The position numbers were made by a program, and so were the translations under genes. DNA of 63,133 nt, the filler included, from Vannella sp. (taxonomy: Eukaryota): the NCBI GenBank assembly GCA_023345925.1. It is 7 parts of 7 records of this genome, joined end to end, with 100 filler letters (N's around TTAATTAATTAA, not from the genome) between each part and the next. Parts side by side here need not be neighbours in the genome. Positions count along the whole stretch, not along the records: positions 42,148 to 50,431 come from JAJQQN010000192.1; positions 50,532 to 57,953 come from JAJQQN010000418.1; 5 more parts are not named here. One strand, 5' to 3'. The stretch's first letter is position 1, and each line of letters starts with the position of its first letter. Shown piece by piece: positions 44,949 through 55,381 of the stretch. The notes beneath the pieces were generated by a model that saw only the letters and a list, made by a program, of their open reading frames with translations, made no database searches and had not been told where the DNA came from.

Positions 44949-47294
44949 TCAATCATCTTCACTTGCCTTCTTTCTATTGAGTCGCTCATAGACAGCGCGG
45001 AAAAGCGGGTTCAATGAGGGGTCCTAGTCCTGATTAGAGCCCAGAATGGGAGTTGGAGGGGGAGGGGAGTTCAGTGTGACTTACAGAAGGAAGATACTTC
45101 AACTGTAGGAGCAGGCAGACAGCAAGAGCGCGAATCTTGTGAGAAGTGTGCATCATCCCGCTGGCAATGGCCGGAAGGCAGTTATAGTGAGCAATGAGTT
45201 GCCTTATCTCTGACACTCGGTCCTTTGAGCTGGCAGCCGCTTTGACCTTCTCAAGGATATCCACCAGTGCAGCATCATTCAGGGAAGGTGCAAAAGCGAA
45301 CTGTTGAATGAAGCGGTCGATGGACGGGTCTTTGAGAGAGCGAGTATCTTGAACTGCTTCCCACGCTTTACAAGCTCGCGAGGCGCTCCACAAAAGGGTC
45401 CGGCGCTTCAGCTTTTGGTTGTATGAGGAAGCTTCTTCAGCTGTGGAGAAGAAGGCGCGGCCCATTGTGGCATCCATAAACCTGCGATTGTGTTGCTGAT
45501 GCAAGTAAGACTCTTTCGCTATCAATACCCCTTCAGCTGGCTTACTTGGATAGCTGCTTGAATACTCTGTTCACTTGCTCTCAAGTCAGTTCTCAGAGCG
45601 AGCTATTTGTGCGTTAGTTGGTGAGAGGGACCGAAGGCAAATAGTGTCTACCTGAGAGAAGAAGGGGCCCTGGCTTTTGGATTCCTCAATGAAAGTGGGA
45701 TCTACAGCAGAGTTCCAAGTGACACTCCCATCATCGAGGTTGCAAAGAAGATCCCAGTAGCTGGAATCCCTCATAATGAGAGGATCAGACACTCCAGCAA
45801 TATAGCGGATGTGGTTCTGGAAGCGAGTTGCCAAAGTAGCAAAAGGGAAAGCCGTTTCTTTGGCCAGCCCGGCTGCGGGAGCCATCAACCCAACTGCAGA
45901 GAGAACTGCTTCGCATATCTCTTGGGAGGATGATGTACCAAAGAAAACGATCCTCTTTTCACTGACAGCACAGCTGTAAATGCTTGCCACTTCTGCCCGG
46001 AACTTTTCGACAAGTTTTGAAGTTTTCAACTTTCCTGGTCGTCAGAAAGGGCTGACTTGATGCTAAGATACGTACAGGGAGTATTTGGTCAGCATGGAGA
46101 AGTGCTGGGAACCTTAGAATAACCTCTTCCGTGAGGAGTGTCGCTTTCTGGGTGCACGGAAACTCAAGAGGAAGAGAAATGCTGTTGCAAGTGTCGAAAA
46201 TGTCTTTGAGTGTCTGTTCTGTTGGGTTCTCTCGATACTTGATGATGCCCAGATCAAGTAGAGGTCGAAGGGAGAAAGGATTCTCCATGGTTGTGCAAAT
46301 GCAGAGCGTCACATCACTGCTTATCACAGAAATGCAGGTCAGGGGAGTGCCAAAGTAGCGTGGGATAGCAGAATCGGCTTTTTTGACCTTCTTCAAGTGT
46401 TCGATGCGTTTGCAAAGCCCGTGCACGTGGTCCAGGAAGAGGATTTCGTCCTCCACCGTTTGGAAGCGAAGGCCCAAGATGGCCCCGGTGTCCGTCAGGA
46501 CACAAGCGAAGCATTGCTCCAGTTCTGTGAACTCCAAATCATAGTGAGCCACGCTTTTGACCCTGTCAGAGACCGTCAGGAAGGAACGGAAGGACCTACA
46601 TGCTGGCAATCTCTGTTTGGTCGGAGTCATCGATGACCTGAATCGTATGTGGCTCTAGAATAGCTAGCATCACGTCATCTCCAATCATCTCCCAAGCTTT
46701 ATCCCATAAGTCAGAAGAGGGCACTCAGTAGGAAGGTTCTTCCTACCCGGCCCCTCCTCAGCGTCCTCATTCATCTCATACACGTAGACTTCGATGGATT
46801 TGCTGGTATAATGTGAGATATAGACCTTCCAGGAACGTATAGGAACGTACAGGTCGAGCTCCTGAGTCTCAAGAACAGTTTTGATGCGCTTCTCCCGTTG
46901 AACAACATCCTTTGGTGGCGTTAGTGCGGTACCAGACACTGTTATGGCTCGCAGGCGTACCAGTTCCAAACGCCTTCCAAGGTAGAAGATAGACAGATCA
47001 TCCTCCTGAGCAACAGAAGGAACCATCCGCTCCAGCAACAACCTTCCACCCATTAGACGGAACAACTCTTCCAAAAGGAGGCTCCCCTACCCTTCATCCT
47101 CTCCTGTGGTAGAAGGATACTGAAACTCCAACACACAACCATCAGCTGACCTCCGAGCCGCCAAAAGGTAGGACACCGAAGCAACTTCCATCCCGACCTC
47201 CCAAAATGACTCGTTTCTCCCTCCACAGACTCACACGGAAGGCACATGATTCCCTCAGTGAGATAGAATCGAATGAAACTCTCACCAAGCTCAT
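44949..47294 (-). CDS. Afi1/MesA-like DENN-related polarity protein with inserted PH/WH1-like segment, multi-exon
   Basis: EKRIVFFG, AFPFATL, YIAGVSDP, WDLLCNL, GMMH...R match recalled MesA SPA-domain motifs; N-terminal DLSIFYL. Start uncertain. Confidence 0.68.
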
Positions 47295-47303
47295 AAAGGG
47301 AGG

Positions 47304-48359
47304 ATGGGAAGAGGTCGAGTGGGTTGCTCTTGGGTTCGGAGGGCTTTCTGCTCTTTGCATGGTGGCTTGGCGAGGGCTTTGGATGTTGATAGCCGGTTGG
47401 ATGAAGCTTTGAAACAAGGACAACAGGAGGAAGTCATGCGGATGTTCCACGTGATCAACCAGCAGCGCTTCATCGGGAGCGAGGTCCATCAACGGGTTGT
47501 TTCCTTTGTTGCGCGGACTCGTGGTGTAAAGAACGCTGTGGAAGTGTTTCAGGCAGCAGCTCATCCAAGTTCTAGTACCTTAGTCGTCTTGCTGGAGCAG
47601 ATCATCGCCTTGAACCCCGGCAATCCTCTTTTAGTCAAGAGAGTGTTTGATCAGCTTGCTCCTCAGCGTGTAGCTCCCAACACAGCCTCTCATTGGATGC
47701 TATTCCGACTCTTCTGCCAACACGATGACCTGGAGAGTGCGAAAGAGCATTGGACTCGCTTTCCAGAGCTCCACTCGGATGTGCGCTTCGCTATTCCATA
47801 CGCCAGACTCTTCCTGGGACGTGGAGACACCAATGAAGTGGCCCAACTCGTTCAAAACATCAAAGGAGAGGATGCGTTCTCGCCGATGGTCAAGAACTTC
47901 CAGTTGGAAGTGTTTGCCTCTTCAGGGGAGACTAACAAAGTGCTTATAGCCTTGAAAGAAGAAGATGTACCTCTTGTTACACTGAATAACATCCTCAAGT
48001 CCTTCTCCACGCGAAGTGAAAAAGATCTCTTCCAGCTATTGGACTTTTTGGTGTCCCTAAGACGAGTCCCTCCCATGGCTGCTTTGCAGTCTTTGCTCGG
48101 AGTGGTCCTTTCTCGTAAAGATTTTTCACTCTCGGACTCCTTGCTGAAGTGGATGCAGGATTGCGCGATCCTACCTGATGACCGAATGCTTCGGTCGTTG
48201 TCTGTCGCCTACTTGCGAGCGGGAGACCTTTCTCGCTTTCAAGCGCTCTCTGAAACCTTTCCACTTACCAAGGAGATATCTTGTGACAAGGAAATTAACA
48301 GCATTCTTGCGCTTCGGTCACTTCAGAGCAGCTCGAACCACTCCCCAATACACGAATAG
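47304..48359 (+). CDS. Degenerate PPR-like helical repeat protein
   Basis: 351-aa ORF with PPR-like segments (VAPNTASH, VTLNNIL, ILPDDRML). Start uncertain. Confidence 0.6.
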   Translation: MGRGRVGCSWVRRAFCSLHGGLARALDVDSRLDEALKQGQQEEVMRMFHVINQQRFIGSEVHQRVVSFVARTRGVKNAVEVFQAAAHPSSSTLVVLLEQIIALNPGNPLLVKRVFDQLAPQRVAPNTASHWMLFRLFCQHDDLESAKEHWTRFPELHSDVRFAIPYARLFLGRGDTNEVAQLVQNIKGEDAFSPMVKNFQLEVFASSGETNKVLIALKEEDVPLVTLNNILKSFSTRSEKDLFQLLDFLVSLRRVPPMAALQSLLGVVLSRKDFSLSDSLLKWMQDCAILPDDRMLRSLSVAYLRAGDLSRFQALSETFPLTKEISCDKEINSILALRSLQSSSNHSPIHE

Positions 48360-48378
48360 CTTTGAAAACGCTTCTCAA

Positions 48379-50431
48379 TTACAAGGTTATATCGCCAAAG
48401 TCATCGTCACATTCACTTTCGAGTTCCTCTTCATCTTCTTGATCTTCCTCGGCTTCTTCTTCGCTGTTAGCTGGTTCTTCCGCGACTGAGTTTTGTTCCG
48501 GGAGTCCATATTTGTTCATCCGACGCGCCATTGGGTTGATGGAACTGTTTGGAGATTGGGTTTGTTGACTCAGAGATAAAGCTCGCTGCAATTTGTGCTG
48601 TTTCAAGTCTTTCTCTTGCTGGATGGCCGCCAAACGTTTCTGTTCTCGTTCCTTCTCTTCTCGGGCGGTTGTTTCTCGTTCTAAGAGAACTGATTCAAGG
48701 TATTGGACCTTACTCGTTATGTCACGATCCTCTACATCGAGTTCAGCTGTATCACAGCTCCGATAATGGGACAAAGCCTCTTCTACGTTTCCCAGTTGCT
48801 CGTAGCAAACACCAATATGATAATTCGTGGAGTAGAAGTTTCCGCTTAGCTTAAGAGACTTCTTAAAGAAAGGAAGCGCTTCGTCTGGTCTCTCACAAGC
48901 TAAAAAAATCTCTCCCAGGCTGTAAGGAATATCTTCCTCCACAGAAGATACGCGATGATAGTAGTTTGCCCACATTCTCAAGAGCTCTGGAATGATAACG
49001 TTCTTCCACCACGAACGGGGGAGTTTGGATAGGAGCTGTTCCCGGTACTGATAGAACATACCTGGGTCATTACAGCTGAGTCTCATCATGGCATGGATCT
49101 CAGCGACCTTTGCTTTGGGGTTGACATTAGCATAGACTCTGTGATAGTCATCGGGCCCAAATTGGTTCACTTCTGCAAAGGCACAATTCAGTTCGCGCAG
49201 CTGCCCTTTTTGGGCACCTCCCACAAACGCATTCACTTTAAAGTGATGGAAGGTGTGGCCAAGAAGGATATGAGATTGTTCCAAAGCTTCCCTCCAATAC
49301 AGAGAAAGCGCGTGGAAGTTAGTCATAAACGATAACGAGCCTCCATGGATGCTAATATGGGGAGGGAAGTCCCCTTCTAAGGCGGAGAGATCCACATCGC
49401 CCTTGTCACCAATAAGATACAACATGGAAGGGCCAAAGGTTTGAATAAGCCGTTCTACCATTTGGAAGCATCCGAGCGGGAATAAGATACTTCCAGACCC
49501 ACCACTGAAGCTCATTCGATACTTCTCCAGCAGCTCATTGTAGCGTTCAGCTTCAGGATACTCCTCGGGTCGATAATAAGTGAGTTTGTGGAATTCTGGT
49601 GGCAGCGGACGGGATCCTGGCACCTCCCCATCCTCCTGCTCTCTCCTCCTATGCTCTTCCTTTAGCTGAGAAGCAGTAATATCAAGTTCCAAGTCATCTT
49701 CATACAAGAGAGGCGGGAAAACGAGCCTTTTCCGCCAAGTATTCCCTTTCAACGCTGCGCTGGGAAATTGAGGCTCAGAAGGTAAGAGAGGGACTTGGTA
49801 GTCCAACGTTACTTCACTCAGTGTCTCCCTCGAGACAGAGAAGGCATCGTGGGGCAACGTATCAAGCAAATAGTTGCCCACTAGAATCACCGGGTTCCCA
49901 TGCAGAGTGGAGCAGGATAGGCGCTTCTTAGAGTGCTTGAGGACTAGTTCGGTGTCCTCTAATACATTGAACACCGCAAAGTCGACTAAACCACGCTGGA
50001 GGAAGTCCTCGAAGTATTTGTGGCTCTCCCAGAACTCCAGGTTGCGCTCGACGAAGTCCTGATGGATGGGTTAGTAAGAAAGAGATCAAAGGGTATGCGT
50101 ATACTCACAGTGACGACTACCCGAAGTTGGACAGGATAGGAACGACCCTCTCGAAGGACAAAAAGCTCTCCTGCGGCTGGAGAGAGCGACAGGGCGCGCA
50201 GAAGAAGGTAAGATAGGTTTCCAGTACCTGCTCCCAACTCAACAACCCACACGTCAATAGCTTGGGGCTCTTCCAAGGTCTGGTTCTCAGGCGAAAGCAT
50301 GTCATTCTACACTGCAGCATCAGAACAAGACCCATTACACCTTCAAACACAATCTCCTCACTCGAATAAGGTCCTTCACATAAGAGAGGATCAGCTTTGC
50401 ATACGAGGAAGCCACAAACGCGTTCGTTGAG
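48379..50431 (-). CDS. SAM-dependent methyltransferase (MidA-like fold) plus TPR, 5' truncated, multi-exon
   Basis: TNAFVASSYA, VELGAGTG, GNYLLDTLPHD, HGGSLSFMTNF; two C-terminal TPRs; acidic tail. Confidence 0.75.
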
Positions 50432-50531
50432 NNNNNNNNNNNNNNNNNNNNNNNNNNNNNNNNNNNNNNNNNNNNTTAATTAATTAANNNNNNNNNNNNN
50501 NNNNNNNNNNNNNNNNNNNNNNNNNNNNNNN
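50432..50531. other. Artificial contig linker
   Basis: N/TTAATTAATTAA/N. Confidence 0.97.
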
Positions 50532-50532
50532 C

Positions 50533-50733
50533 TGGATGTGCCAGAACTGCACCTTTATCAACCCCATCAACAACCACAGTTGCACCATGTGCGAATACGG
50601 TTGGACTGGCAACAGAGAATGTCCCTCGGATAAGTGGGAATGCTTCGGCTGCACTTTCTACAACCCCAAATCTCAGTTCTACTGCGAAGTGTGCGACAAA
50701 GCGAGAGCCGATCTCGCAACCGTGAGATTCTAA
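50533..50733 (+). CDS. C-terminal fragment with two RanBP2-type zinc fingers
   Basis: WxCxxCTFxN...CxxC twice. Confidence 0.85.
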   Translation, partial: WMCQNCTFINPINNHSCTMCEYGWTGNRECPSDKWECFGCTFYNPKSQFYCEVCDKARADLATVRF

Positions 50734-50838
50734 TATCACGCATAATTGCGAAATAAATACTGATCGGTCCGAATACTCGATGGTTCAAGGAATTATCAGC
50801 TTGTGCCGCCACATGGTATTGTGGGGCTGTCGCTGCGG

Positions 50839-50885
50839 CCCGCCTTCTCGAATATAAAAGAGAAGGCGGGGCTTCTCTTTTCATT
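50839..50885 (+). promoter_or_regulatory. TATA box inside an 11-bp inverted repeat, plus TCATT initiator
   Basis: TATAAAAG 50853-50860; arms 50839-50849 and 50860-50870; TCATT 50881-50885; ATG 50894. Confidence 0.6.
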
Positions 50886-50893
50886 CTTTTGCC

Positions 50894-51931
50894 ATGTCCG
50901 AGTCCTCAACCACACCCAAGGAAAAGAACCCCTACCAGCCACGGATCAACTCCATCCGAAAGGTTATCTACACTGAGGAGAAACGCCTGCGCTCCAAGTA
51001 CCCCATCCTTGACCGACAAGACGCACTTGGCATGGCCTTCTTCGTTACCTCTCTCTCAGCGATGATCATCACTGGCTACTCATGGCATATTGGCGCTCTC
51101 GCTTGGTACTGGGTTGTCCCCTTGATGGGCCTCTTCGCCTCCATCTTGCACGAGCTGGAGCACGACCTCATCCACGATATGTACTTCAAGGAGCAAAAGT
51201 GGGTCCAACACATCATGTTCGCCTGCATCTGGGTCGCCAAGCTCAACGCCAACCCCTGGTGGCGCAAGCCCATGCACCTGAAGCACCACAAGTCTTCTGG
51301 ACAAATCGACGACATTGAAGAGCGAATCATCGGCCTCGGTCTCCCCTGGGGATGGAAGCGAGTTATCATCACTCTCAACCCCCTCGGCACCTTCCTTGTG
51401 ATGAGCCAAGTTGGTGCTGACTCTGAGCGCATTGGGTCCAAGCCCGGTGTCAACCCCTTGGTTGTTTCTATCCTTAACCTTCCCGTCCTTCTCCCTGGAA
51501 ACCTCTGCCTTTTGGCCACCCTCTTCCCTGGCTACATTCCTGAGTTCTGGTACAACGTTTGCTGGGCAGTTTGCGTCCTTCTCTACTTCCCCAACACTAT
51601 TCGCCAAGCTTGCCTTCAGATCGTTTCCACCGGCTGCCACTACTATGGCGACATCCCCGAGAAGAACGTCTTCTTCCAGAACCAGGTTCTTGATCACTGG
51701 TCCTTCTACCCTCTTCAGGCCTTCTGCTTCAACTTTGGCGCCACCCACATCATCCACCACTACGTCACCCGCCAACCTTTCTACCTCCGTCAAATGAGCG
51801 CCACCCCCGTCGTGGAGGAACTCCGCAAGCAAGGTGTCCGTTTCAATGATCTCGATATCTACCGCAGACACCACCGCTTTGCCATGGACGGTCAACAGGC
51901 CCCCAACGCTCAACTCGCTGTTGGTGCTTAA
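50894..51931 (+). CDS. Membrane fatty-acid desaturase-like protein, UndB (1-alkene-forming decarboxylase) subfamily
   Basis: His boxes HELEHDLIH, HLKHH, HYYGD, HIIHH; YPIL..QDALG, PLQAFCFNFG, PFY.RQ, GVRFND match recalled Pseudomonas UndB. Confidence 0.85.
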   Translation: MSESSTTPKEKNPYQPRINSIRKVIYTEEKRLRSKYPILDRQDALGMAFFVTSLSAMIITGYSWHIGALAWYWVVPLMGLFASILHELEHDLIHDMYFKEQKWVQHIMFACIWVAKLNANPWWRKPMHLKHHKSSGQIDDIEERIIGLGLPWGWKRVIITLNPLGTFLVMSQVGADSERIGSKPGVNPLVVSILNLPVLLPGNLCLLATLFPGYIPEFWYNVCWAVCVLLYFPNTIRQACLQIVSTGCHYYGDIPEKNVFFQNQVLDHWSFYPLQAFCFNFGATHIIHHYVTRQPFYLRQMSATPVVEELRKQGVRFNDLDIYRRHHRFAMDGQQAPNAQLAVGA

Positions 51932-52038
51932 TCACCCTCCCTCTCGGTGCTAACCACCCACTTTGTACTTTAACCTTGCCCTTTGGGATGTTTATTAATA
52001 TATTTGACGTTTGACTTCACTTCTGCATCGCCTCCTCT

Positions 52039-53055
52039 TCATTCTATCGACCAACAGGACACTTTGGAGTCGTAGAAGGAGCAAACTGCCGCGTAGTGAC
52101 AGTTCGGGCCTCCTGAAGATGAAGAAGGAGAAGGAGGAAAGGCAAACCAGTCCGCTCCGTAAGCCAACTTGCCTGCTTCGTGATGAGGCGAACCAAAGAC
52201 ATCCCCGAGTGTAGTGAGGTTTCCTTCTTCCAAGTGGAGCATTTGGAACTCGTTGTACATGCACGCTGCCAGTAGCAGGCGTTGGTCGTGGCGATTCCAT
52301 TTGATCCTCCAAACGCCTCCTCCCACTCGAACTTCCGTGACCGGTTGACGCACTTGTCTGCGATCCCATAGCGACACGCTCTCGTTGTACGACCCAACAG
52401 CCAGGATGTTCTCATCAAAGGGGCTTGTAGAGATGCTCGTCACGCCCATATCGAACCGTTTGGATGCCGTTGGGGAGGTTAGCGGCTGTCTGCGGTCCCA
52501 ATGCTTCAAGAAACAGTCATCCCCTCCTGTGTAGAGCAAGTGTGGGCTGTGCTTTGAACAGCTGATCGACCAAACCTCCGCTCCGGAGTGTGCGAGGAAG
52601 CTTTGGCTTGAACGGAGACCATCAAGCTCGAGGAGGGCTACCTGACCATTAGAGAACGAGCCAACAACTTGCTCAAGTTGCCAGTCCACAGCTAAACCGA
52701 TAGATTCCGGTTCTCCAAGGATCTCCGCTGCGACAGTGAAGTGCTCGTTGTCTGGGTCCATCTTGAAGCATCCAAGTCGATTATCCGCTTCTGCCGTCAG
52801 TACAAAGTCACCTTCCGGGTTCCAGCAGCAGTCCAACACGCCTGCCCGAGTCACAGAGGACTTGATCGTCACCGCCTCCTTTCCTTTCGGGTCGAACTCC
52901 ATCAAGGACAGTCCCCCCACCCTCTCCCTTGACGCTTCATCGAGATGGTACTGCGCACATACAAACAGTCCCTCTCTCCCTTGTGCAGGGCAACAGGCCA
53001 CCGCATCCGCTTCCTGAGAGGAGGCCAAGCCACCCACCCAAACTGGCCCTTTCAT
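52039..53055 (-). CDS. DPH7: Diphthine methylesterase, WD40 protein
   Basis: ADAVACCP, LYTGGDD, GSYNE, GGGVWRIKW, ACMYN, LAYGADW, CSFYD. Confidence 0.9.
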   Translation of the reverse strand: MKGPVWVGGLASSQEADAVACCPAQGREGLFVCAQYHLDEASRERVGGLSLMEFDPKGKEAVTIKSSVTRAGVLDCCWNPEGDFVLTAEADNRLGCFKMDPDNEHFTVAAEILGEPESIGLAVDWQLEQVVGSFSNGQVALLELDGLRSSQSFLAHSGAEVWSISCSKHSPHLLYTGGDDCFLKHWDRRQPLTSPTASKRFDMGVTSISTSPFDENILAVGSYNESVSLWDRRQVRQPVTEVRVGGGVWRIKWNRHDQRLLLAACMYNEFQMLHLEEGNLTTLGDVFGSPHHEAGKLAYGADWFAFPPSPSSSSGGPNCHYAAVCSFYDSKVSCWSIE

Positions 53056-54131
53056 CGAATAGCTTATCTTCTTCCCTTCACGAGCTCCTCTTCACACCGC
53101 ATACGCACTCAGGATCAAGAAGGAACAACGGCAAGCCCGTTCTCCAGTCTGAGAAGGAGAAACATCCTTTTGGGGTTAAGAAGAGGAAGAACAGAGGGAG
53201 TTGGAGTTGTTTGGGTTGTGTATTACGGAAATGGAGATACCTGGCGCTAGAACCAGACGAGCAAGCGCAACGCGTTTCAACATGGAAGCAACGCGGCGGA
53301 GTCGGTACTCAACTCGGTCATTGAAGACCCGATAAGGCATTCCACATGAAGCTCACCGCCCATTGCGCCATCCACACATCGACTACGAGGAAGCAAAAGT
53401 TGGCATGTTTGGGGTTCTCTTGGGGAGGCGATGAGGAAGACAAGTGTTGTTGGGACTTTCTGTGGGACTGCTCAGAGGCGTGTGTATCACCTGTAGCATA
53501 CGTTAAACAGCTGTAAGGAGGATGAAAGAGACTAATGACCTTTGTGTGGTGACGACCTTGAAGGGTATGTTGCTGTTCATCCTTGAAGCCATCTTGACTA
53601 CCGAGACCGGCACATTGCTTCCATGCTTGAACGCGTGACACTTACAAGCCAGGTTCTACCGCCAAGAACTTCCATTCCGTAACTCACAGACTGCACTTGA
53701 AGCGAAAAGGAATGGCGGAACCATCTTCTCACTCAGATCAGGGCCAACAGGCCCAGAGTGGGTCACCAGTCACGTAGCCTTTCCGGAAGAAAAAATGACC
53801 CACACCAATTGATCCAAGGCCCTCGAACGACGACAAAACGACATCCCCTGGATGACATCATAATGACGCGTTTTTGCGGGACAAGAGAGCGATTGTTCTC
53901 CGCTGAAGGGTGATGAGGGGGAGCGACACGTTGATAGCCAGTGCCTAAGACATGGTCGAGGACCGACCTGCTCACTCTGAGGCAAAACACCTTTGCCCAT
54001 GGACAGCAATATTCCGGCCTTCTAAATGAATGATTTGGGGAGAATCAAAGCTATTCACGATAAATTCTGGAGGACCAATTCACCTGGCCGTACTGTCAAA
54101 CGACCGTTGAAGAAGTCATTTCTATTTGGAC

Positions 54132-54674
54132 ATGTCTAAGCGTGAACTTGCCTCAGGTGAAGAGCCAGCCGCTAAGGTACAGAAGGTTGTTAAGCCTGCG
54201 TACACTTTCAATGTGAACAAGGCTTTGGATAAGGCTCACGAGACCAAGACCTTCAATGAGATCTTGGACCTCCCTCCCTCTGCTCTTCAAGGGCTGGCAG
54301 AGTCTGCGGATGCCAAGCTGGCGAAGATGAAGATCCACACCATCCGTGACTTGGGCAACTGGAAGTTCTACAAGATCTCCCGCGCCATCGTCGCTCTTGC
54401 TGCCACCGAGGAGGAAGGAAAGCGGGACCCCGCTGGCAATGCCAACCTCAACCACGCTTTGGACAAGGCCTACGAGGTCAAGAGCCTGGCTGAGATCGTC
54501 GAAGCTCCCATCAGCGCCCTTTCAGGACTTGCCGAATGGGTTGATGAGGAGGTCCACAGCTTCCGCCCCGCCATCAAGTCCATCAGCGACCTTGCCGTCT
54601 GGCAATACTGCCAGTGGGCTGAAGCAATCATCATCCTCGCTGAGTTCGAGAACACCAACCACTCCTCCAGATAA
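54132..54674 (+). CDS. Hypothetical protein made of two tandem ~75-aa repeats
   Basis: NxNxALDKAxExKxxxEIxxxPxSALxGLA...IxxIxDLxxW twice; strong codon bias. Confidence 0.8.
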   Translation: MSKRELASGEEPAAKVQKVVKPAYTFNVNKALDKAHETKTFNEILDLPPSALQGLAESADAKLAKMKIHTIRDLGNWKFYKISRAIVALAATEEEGKRDPAGNANLNHALDKAYEVKSLAEIVEAPISALSGLAEWVDEEVHSFRPAIKSISDLAVWQYCQWAEAIIILAEFENTNHSSR

Positions 54675-55381
54675 GGAAGGGCACTTGCTCCTCGGTCTTC
54701 CCATAAAGCAGACTCACTCGTCCAGCTCGTCCATAGTGCAAGTAGCTGGCACTGGTTGGTACTCATTGCAGAGTGAAGGTGGAGGGGAGGAAGCCGAAGC
54801 CACTTCCTAGCAGCGGTCTATCTTGTGGGAGACGGAAGAAGGGCAGCTACTGATGAGTTGCAGGGCTTGTTGTACCCCATTTCACTTCCTGGTTCCTCAG
54901 TATGAGTAGACCTCGCTCTTCTGCCCTTTGCAAGTATCTTGAGAAGGCAAGTCGACGTGAAAGAACCAGTTCTCTCACTATCTGAGGACAGTGGCTATCA
55001 AGGAAACCACGTTAGATAGTGTGTGCTCCATGTCACAAGTCAGACTAGTGCCAAGTACTAAGGTGCCTCACTGGGGGAGAGCAGAGGCTGAAGGGAAGAC
55101 TATTCCACGAAATGAACCCTCCAAAGAGTTCCCAGGCGCCACTTTACATTCGATCCTTCATACAAAGTGCCCTTTCGCACTACTTTCTCTCTCTTGGGCC
55201 TCTTTCCCCGCTCTGGTGCGAACAAACCATTCTCCCTCCTCTGGAAGGCGCTTCCTTGTGAGTCGAGGATTACTCCATAAACAGGGCTTCTCCAGTTCTC
55301 AGAGAAGGGGAGGCCAAAGGTGAATTGAATCGAGTTTATCGTCAGAAGTCAGAAGGCTTGGGAGAAGAGTGTTTCCTGAAT

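Noticed and set aside
51080..51913. 277-aa antisense ORF over the UndB-like gene, and similar shadow ORFs elsewhere
   Set aside because: Expected from strong sense-strand codon bias; no recognisable protein.
53167..53240. U12-type intron
   Set aside because: The branch TTCTTAAC is suggestive, but the donor GTATCTCC deviates from GTATCCTT.
54700..55340. Possible small gene between the repeat protein and the MRH gene
   Set aside because: Splice-like signals are present, but no consistent ORF or recognisable product could be built.
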